Virus record (IMG/VR): IMGVR_UViG_2617270976_000011
Coordinates: 1-9,855 of that record
From: a virus
Taxonomy: Duplodnaviria; Heunggongvirae; Uroviricota; Caudoviricetes
Strand: one strand, 5' to 3'
Length of the DNA: 9,855 nucleotides
Shown here: positions 6,527 to 9,855 of the stretch, piece by piece
Position numbering within the stretch: position 1 is the stretch's first letter
Layout: the number at the start of each line of letters is the position of its first letter
Translations under genes and position numbers: made by a program
The notes under the pieces: generated by a model
What the model saw: only the letters and a program-made list of their open reading frames with translations
Databases searched by the model: none
What the model was told of the DNA's origin: nothing

Positions 6527-9256
6527 ATGTGCGAACGGGTGGTCACTGTAGTCGGTGAAGATTTCCGGCTTTCCCAGCAGGATTTCAGCCGCTTTGTGCT
6601 GGATTTTCTGGTGTTCGGTAATGCGTTTCTGGAAAAGCGTTACAGCACCACCGGTAAGGTCATCAGACTGGAAACCTCACCGGCAAAATATACCCGCCGT
6701 GGTGTGGAGGAGGATGTTTACTGGTGGGTGCCGTCCTTCAACGAGCCGACAGCCTTCGCGCCCGGCTCCGTGTTTCACCTGCTGGAGCCGGATATTAATC
6801 AGGAGCTGTACGGCCTGCCGGAATATCTCAGCGCCCTTAACTCTGCCTGGCTGAATGAGTCAGCCACGCTGTTCCGCCGCAAGTATTACGAAAACGGCGC
6901 ACATGCCGGATACATCATGTACGTCACTGATGCCGTGCAGGATCGCAACGATATCGAAATGCTTGAGGGATTCCGCAAGACCAGTGCACAGCTTGCCGTG
7001 ACTGGTCATGCACTTGAAAAGGCTCGGCAGGAAGCCGAAGCCCTTGCCACACAGTTTAAAAACACCGAACGTCCGACCCGTGCTCAGGCGAAAGTGCTGG
7101 AATCCGCAAAGCGTGCGGCGGAGGACTTACAGGCGAAATATAACCGCCTGACGGATTCCGTTAAACGCCAGCAGCGGGAACTGGCCGCTGTGGGAATTAA
7201 TACCCGCAATCTTGCACATGATGAGCAGGGACTGAAAAACCGTATCAGTGAAACCACCGCACAGCTTAACCGTCAGCGTGATGCGCTGGCGCGTGTCAGT
7301 GCGCAACAGGCAAAACTTAACGCAGTCAAACAGCGTTATCAGGCCGGAAAGGAACTGGCCGGAAATATGGCCTCAGTAGGCGCTGCCGGTGTGGGGATTG
7401 CGGCGGCGGGAACGATGGCCGGAGTTAAATTGCTGATGCCCGGTTATGAGTTTGCGCAGAAAAACTCAGAATTGCAGGCCGTGCTCGGAGTGGCAAAAGA
7501 CTCCGCCGAAATGACCGCACTCCGCAAGCAGGCGCGCCAGCTCGGCGACAATACCGCAGCCTCGGCAGATGATGCAGCCGGTGCACAGATAATCATTGCG
7601 AAAGCGGGTGGAGATGCTGCGGCTATTCAGGCAGCAACGCCGGTCACACTGAATATGGCACTGGCAAACCAGCGGTCGATGGAAGAAAACGCGCAATTGT
7701 TGCTGGGGACTAAGGCATCCTTTCAACTGTCAAATGATGATGTCAGCCATGTGGGCGACGTGTTGTCGGCAACGATGAATAAGTCGGCGGCTGATTTTCA
7801 GGGACTCAGTGATGCACTGACTTACCTCGGCCCGGTTGCGAGGACGGCAGGTGTAAGTATTGAGCAGGCAGCGGCCATGACCGGTGTGCTGCATGACAAT
7901 AACATCAGGGGGTCAATGGCGGGTACGGGTAGCAGTGCCGTTGTCACCCGATTACAGGCACCGACTGGAAAAGCATGGGATGCACTCAAAGAGCTTGGCG
8001 TTAAAACCTCGGACAAAAAGGGAAATATGCGTCCGTTGTTCACCATTCTGAAAGAGATTCAGGCCAGCTTTGATAAGCATAAGCTGGGAACGTCTCAGAA
8101 GGGGGAATACCTTAAAACCATTTTTGGTGAGGAAGCCCTGAAATCAGCGAACGTTTTACTGGCAGCGGCAGCAAGCGGAAAACTGGATACGCTGACCGCC
8201 ACGCTGAAAGCCTCGGACGGTAAAACGGAAGAGCTGGTTAAAATCATGCAGGATAACCTCGGCGGTGACTTTAAGGAGTTTCAGTCCGCTTATGAGGCGG
8301 TGGGGACTGACCTGTTTGACCAGCAGGAAGGCGCACTGCGTAAGCTCACTCAGACGGCCACAAAGTATGTGTTAAAACTCGACGGCTGGATCCAGAAAAA
8401 CAAATCACTGGCGTCAACCATCGGCCTCATTGTCGGTGGCGCGCTGGCGCTTATTGGCATCATCGGTGCCATTGGTCTTGTCGCCTGGCCGGTTATCACC
8501 GGCATCAATGCCATTATCGCGGCAGCAGGCGCAATGGGGGCAATCTTCACGACGGTTAGCAGTGCTGTTATGACGGCCATCGGGGCGATTAGCTGGCCGG
8601 TTGTGGCCGTGGTGGCCGCCATTGTCGCCGGGGCGTTGCTTATCCGTAAATACTGGGAGCCTGTCAGCGCATTCTTTGGCGGTGTGGTGGAAGGGCTGAA
8701 AGCGGCATTTGCGCCGGTGGGGGAACTGTTCACGCCACTGAAGCCGGTGTTTGACTGGCTGGGTGAAAAGTTACAGGCCGTGTGGCAGTGGTTTAAAAAC
8801 CTGATTGCCCCGGTCAAAGCCACCCAGGACACCCTGAACCGTTGCCGTGACACGGGCGTTATGTTCGGGCAGGCACTGGCTGACGCGCTGATGCTGCCGC
8901 TTAATGCGTTCAACAAACTGCGCAGCGGTATTGACTGGGTACTGGAAAAACTCGGTGTTATCAACAAAGAGTCAGACACACTTGACCAGACCGCCGCAAG
9001 GACTCATGCCGCCACGTATGGCACCGGTGGTTATATTCCGGCGACCAGCTCTTATGCTGGCTATCAGGCTTATCAGCCGGTCACGGCACCGGCTGGCCGC
9101 TCTTATGTGGACCAGAGTAAAAACGAATATCACATCAACCTGACGGGCGGTACTGCGCCGGGGACACAGCTCGACCGCCAGTTACAGGATGCGCTCGAAA
9201 AATACGAGCGGGATAAACGTGCGCGCGCCCGTGCCAGCATGATGCATGACGGTTAA
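6527..9256 (+). CDS. Chimeric long ORF (909 aa): N-terminal ~150-aa portal-like segment fused in frame to ~745 aa of phage tail tape-measure protein (gpT-like)
   Basis: From about residue 160 onward the protein has a long coiled-coil region, a conserved tape-measure core (ASFQLSNDDVSHVGDVLSATMNKSAADFQGLSDALTYLGPVARTAGVSIEQAAAMTGVLHDNN) and Gly/Ala/Ile-rich hydrophobic segments. The first ~150 residues (e.g. FRRKYYENGAHAGYIMYVTDAVQDRNDIEMLEG) are unlike tape measure and look portal-like. No Shine-Dalgarno precedes the ATG, and the frame is open back to 6299 without a start. Confidence 0.75.
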   Translation: MCERVVTVVGEDFRLSQQDFSRFVLDFLVFGNAFLEKRYSTTGKVIRLETSPAKYTRRGVEEDVYWWVPSFNEPTAFAPGSVFHLLEPDINQELYGLPEYLSALNSAWLNESATLFRRKYYENGAHAGYIMYVTDAVQDRNDIEMLEGFRKTSAQLAVTGHALEKARQEAEALATQFKNTERPTRAQAKVLESAKRAAEDLQAKYNRLTDSVKRQQRELAAVGINTRNLAHDEQGLKNRISETTAQLNRQRDALARVSAQQAKLNAVKQRYQAGKELAGNMASVGAAGVGIAAAGTMAGVKLLMPGYEFAQKNSELQAVLGVAKDSAEMTALRKQARQLGDNTAASADDAAGAQIIIAKAGGDAAAIQAATPVTLNMALANQRSMEENAQLLLGTKASFQLSNDDVSHVGDVLSATMNKSAADFQGLSDALTYLGPVARTAGVSIEQAAAMTGVLHDNNIRGSMAGTGSSAVVTRLQAPTGKAWDALKELGVKTSDKKGNMRPLFTILKEIQASFDKHKLGTSQKGEYLKTIFGEEALKSANVLLAAAASGKLDTLTATLKASDGKTEELVKIMQDNLGGDFKEFQSAYEAVGTDLFDQQEGALRKLTQTATKYVLKLDGWIQKNKSLASTIGLIVGGALALIGIIGAIGLVAWPVITGINAIIAAAGAMGAIFTTVSSAVMTAIGAISWPVVAVVAAIVAGALLIRKYWEPVSAFFGGVVEGLKAAFAPVGELFTPLKPVFDWLGEKLQAVWQWFKNLIAPVKATQDTLNRCRDTGVMFGQALADALMLPLNAFNKLRSGIDWVLEKLGVINKESDTLDQTAARTHAATYGTGGYIPATSSYAGYQAYQPVTAPAGRSYVDQSKNEYHINLTGGTAPGTQLDRQLQDALEKYERDKRARARASMMHDG

Positions 9257-9270
9257 GGAGGTGACGAAAA

Positions 9271-9555
9271 ATGATGCTCGCGTTAGGTATGTTTGTTTTT
9301 ATGCGCCAGACGCTGCCACACCAGACCATGCAGCGTGAATCAGATTATCGCTGGCCGTCAAATTCCCGTACCGGTCGTGCAGATATTTACACGGAAACAC
9401 CGGTCAGAGTGTCAGGCTTTAAGCGCGTCATAGACGAGCAGGACTGGACAATCACTAAGGTGACACATTTTCTGAATAATAGCGGCTTCACGACGTCCTT
9501 AGAGCTTGAGGTCAGGCTTTCTGATGTGGAGTACGAAACAGAAGATTATGAGTGA
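9271..9555 (+). CDS. Truncated tail protein remnant (94 aa): gpU-like N-terminus, possibly fused to a gpD-like C-terminus
   Basis: A strong AAGGAGGTGA Shine-Dalgarno (9255-9264) precedes the ATG, 15 nt after the T stop, which is where U sits in the P2 FETUD operon. At 94 aa it is far shorter than U (about 159 aa) or D (about 387 aa), so an internal deletion is likely. The U/D fusion point is inferred, not demonstrated. Confidence 0.45.
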   Translation: MMLALGMFVFMRQTLPHQTMQRESDYRWPSNSRTGRADIYTETPVRVSGFKRVIDEQDWTITKVTHFLNNSGFTTSLELEVRLSDVEYETEDYE

Positions 9556-9636
9556 TGTATTTTGTTTATCTGTTTGTTTTATAAGGATAAATTAACTAAA
9601 ATGGCAACATCAACAAAACCGGAAGAGGTGCTCGCG

Positions 9637-9855
9637 ATGTTTCATTGTCCTTTATGCCAGCATGCCGCACATGCGCGTACAAGCCGCTATATCACTGACA
9701 CGACAAAAGAGCGTTATCACCAGTGTCAGAACGTGAATTGCAGCGCCACGTTCATAACTTATGAGTCGGTACAGCGATACATCGTGAAGCCGGGAGAAGT
9801 CCACGCCGTAAGGCCGCACCCGTTGCCGTCAGGGCAGCAAATTATGTGGATGTAA
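9637..9855 (+). CDS. ogr: Ogr late-gene transcriptional activator, C4 zinc-finger (72 aa)
   Basis: Sequence MFHCPLCQHAAHARTSRYITDTTKERYHQCQNVNCSATFITYESVQRYIVKPGEVHAVRPHPLPSGQQIMWM matches my recollection of P2 Ogr, including the CxxC...CxxxxC zinc-finger cysteines. The track ORF (from 9562) carries 25 extra N-terminal codons that are probably not translated; 9601 is an alternative start. Confidence 0.85.
   Translation: MFHCPLCQHAAHARTSRYITDTTKERYHQCQNVNCSATFITYESVQRYIVKPGEVHAVRPHPLPSGQQIMWM

Larger units (their letters stand above)
1..9855. mobile_element. P2-family cryptic prophage remnant spanning int to ogr, with internal deletions, an inversion and a cargo cassette
   Basis: Gene content and order (int, C, cox/A, cos, E/E', T, U/D remnant, ogr) follow the P2 prophage map. 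Both window ends coincide with terminal stop codons (int at 1-3, ogr at 9853-9855), so the att sites lie outside the window. Confidence 0.85.

Noticed and set aside
6555-6854. ORF 6555-6854 (+) in an alternative frame of the 909-aa ORF
   Set aside because: Out-of-frame overlap with the portal-like segment; Cys/Arg/Trp-rich artefactual composition.
7466-9329. ORFs 7466-7726 (-), 7822-8046 (-), 8350-8979 (-), 8904-9143 (+) and 9135-9329 (-) around the tape-measure gene
   Set aside because: Antisense or alternative-frame ORFs inside a long, well-supported, GC-rich tape-measure gene.
1-9855. CRISPR arrays, tRNA or rRNA genes, IS elements
   Set aside because: No regularly spaced direct repeats, no tRNA-like cloverleaf regions, and no transposase-like ORFs or terminal inverted repeats were seen.

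Overview
The whole window reads as one heavily rearranged P2-family cryptic prophage, running exactly from the integrase stop codon (nt 1) to the ogr stop codon (nt 9855). Intact genes are int (1-996, -), the C-type immunity repressor (1090-1401, -) and the Ogr zinc-finger late activator (9637-9855, +). The rest of the phage backbone is debris: an in-frame cox::A deletion fusion (1506-2690), a candidate cos site (5503-5521), a tape-measure gene split onto both strands by an apparent inversion, a truncated E/E' frameshift cassette, and a U/D tail remnant. The main finding sits between the end of A and cos, where P2 itself carries tin/old: an AT-rich two-gene cassette of a retron-type reverse transcriptase (3017-4006) followed 1 nt later by an OLD-family ABC-ATPase/TOPRIM nuclease (4008-5360). 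A ~320-bp non-coding leader upstream (2691-3016) contains a strong UUCG-looped hairpin and is the likely msr-msd RNA. I interpret this as a retron-type anti-phage defence module carried as cargo in a decayed prophage. All assignments rest on motif recognition and recalled family sequences, not on searches; coordinates of junctions and RNA boundaries are approximate.
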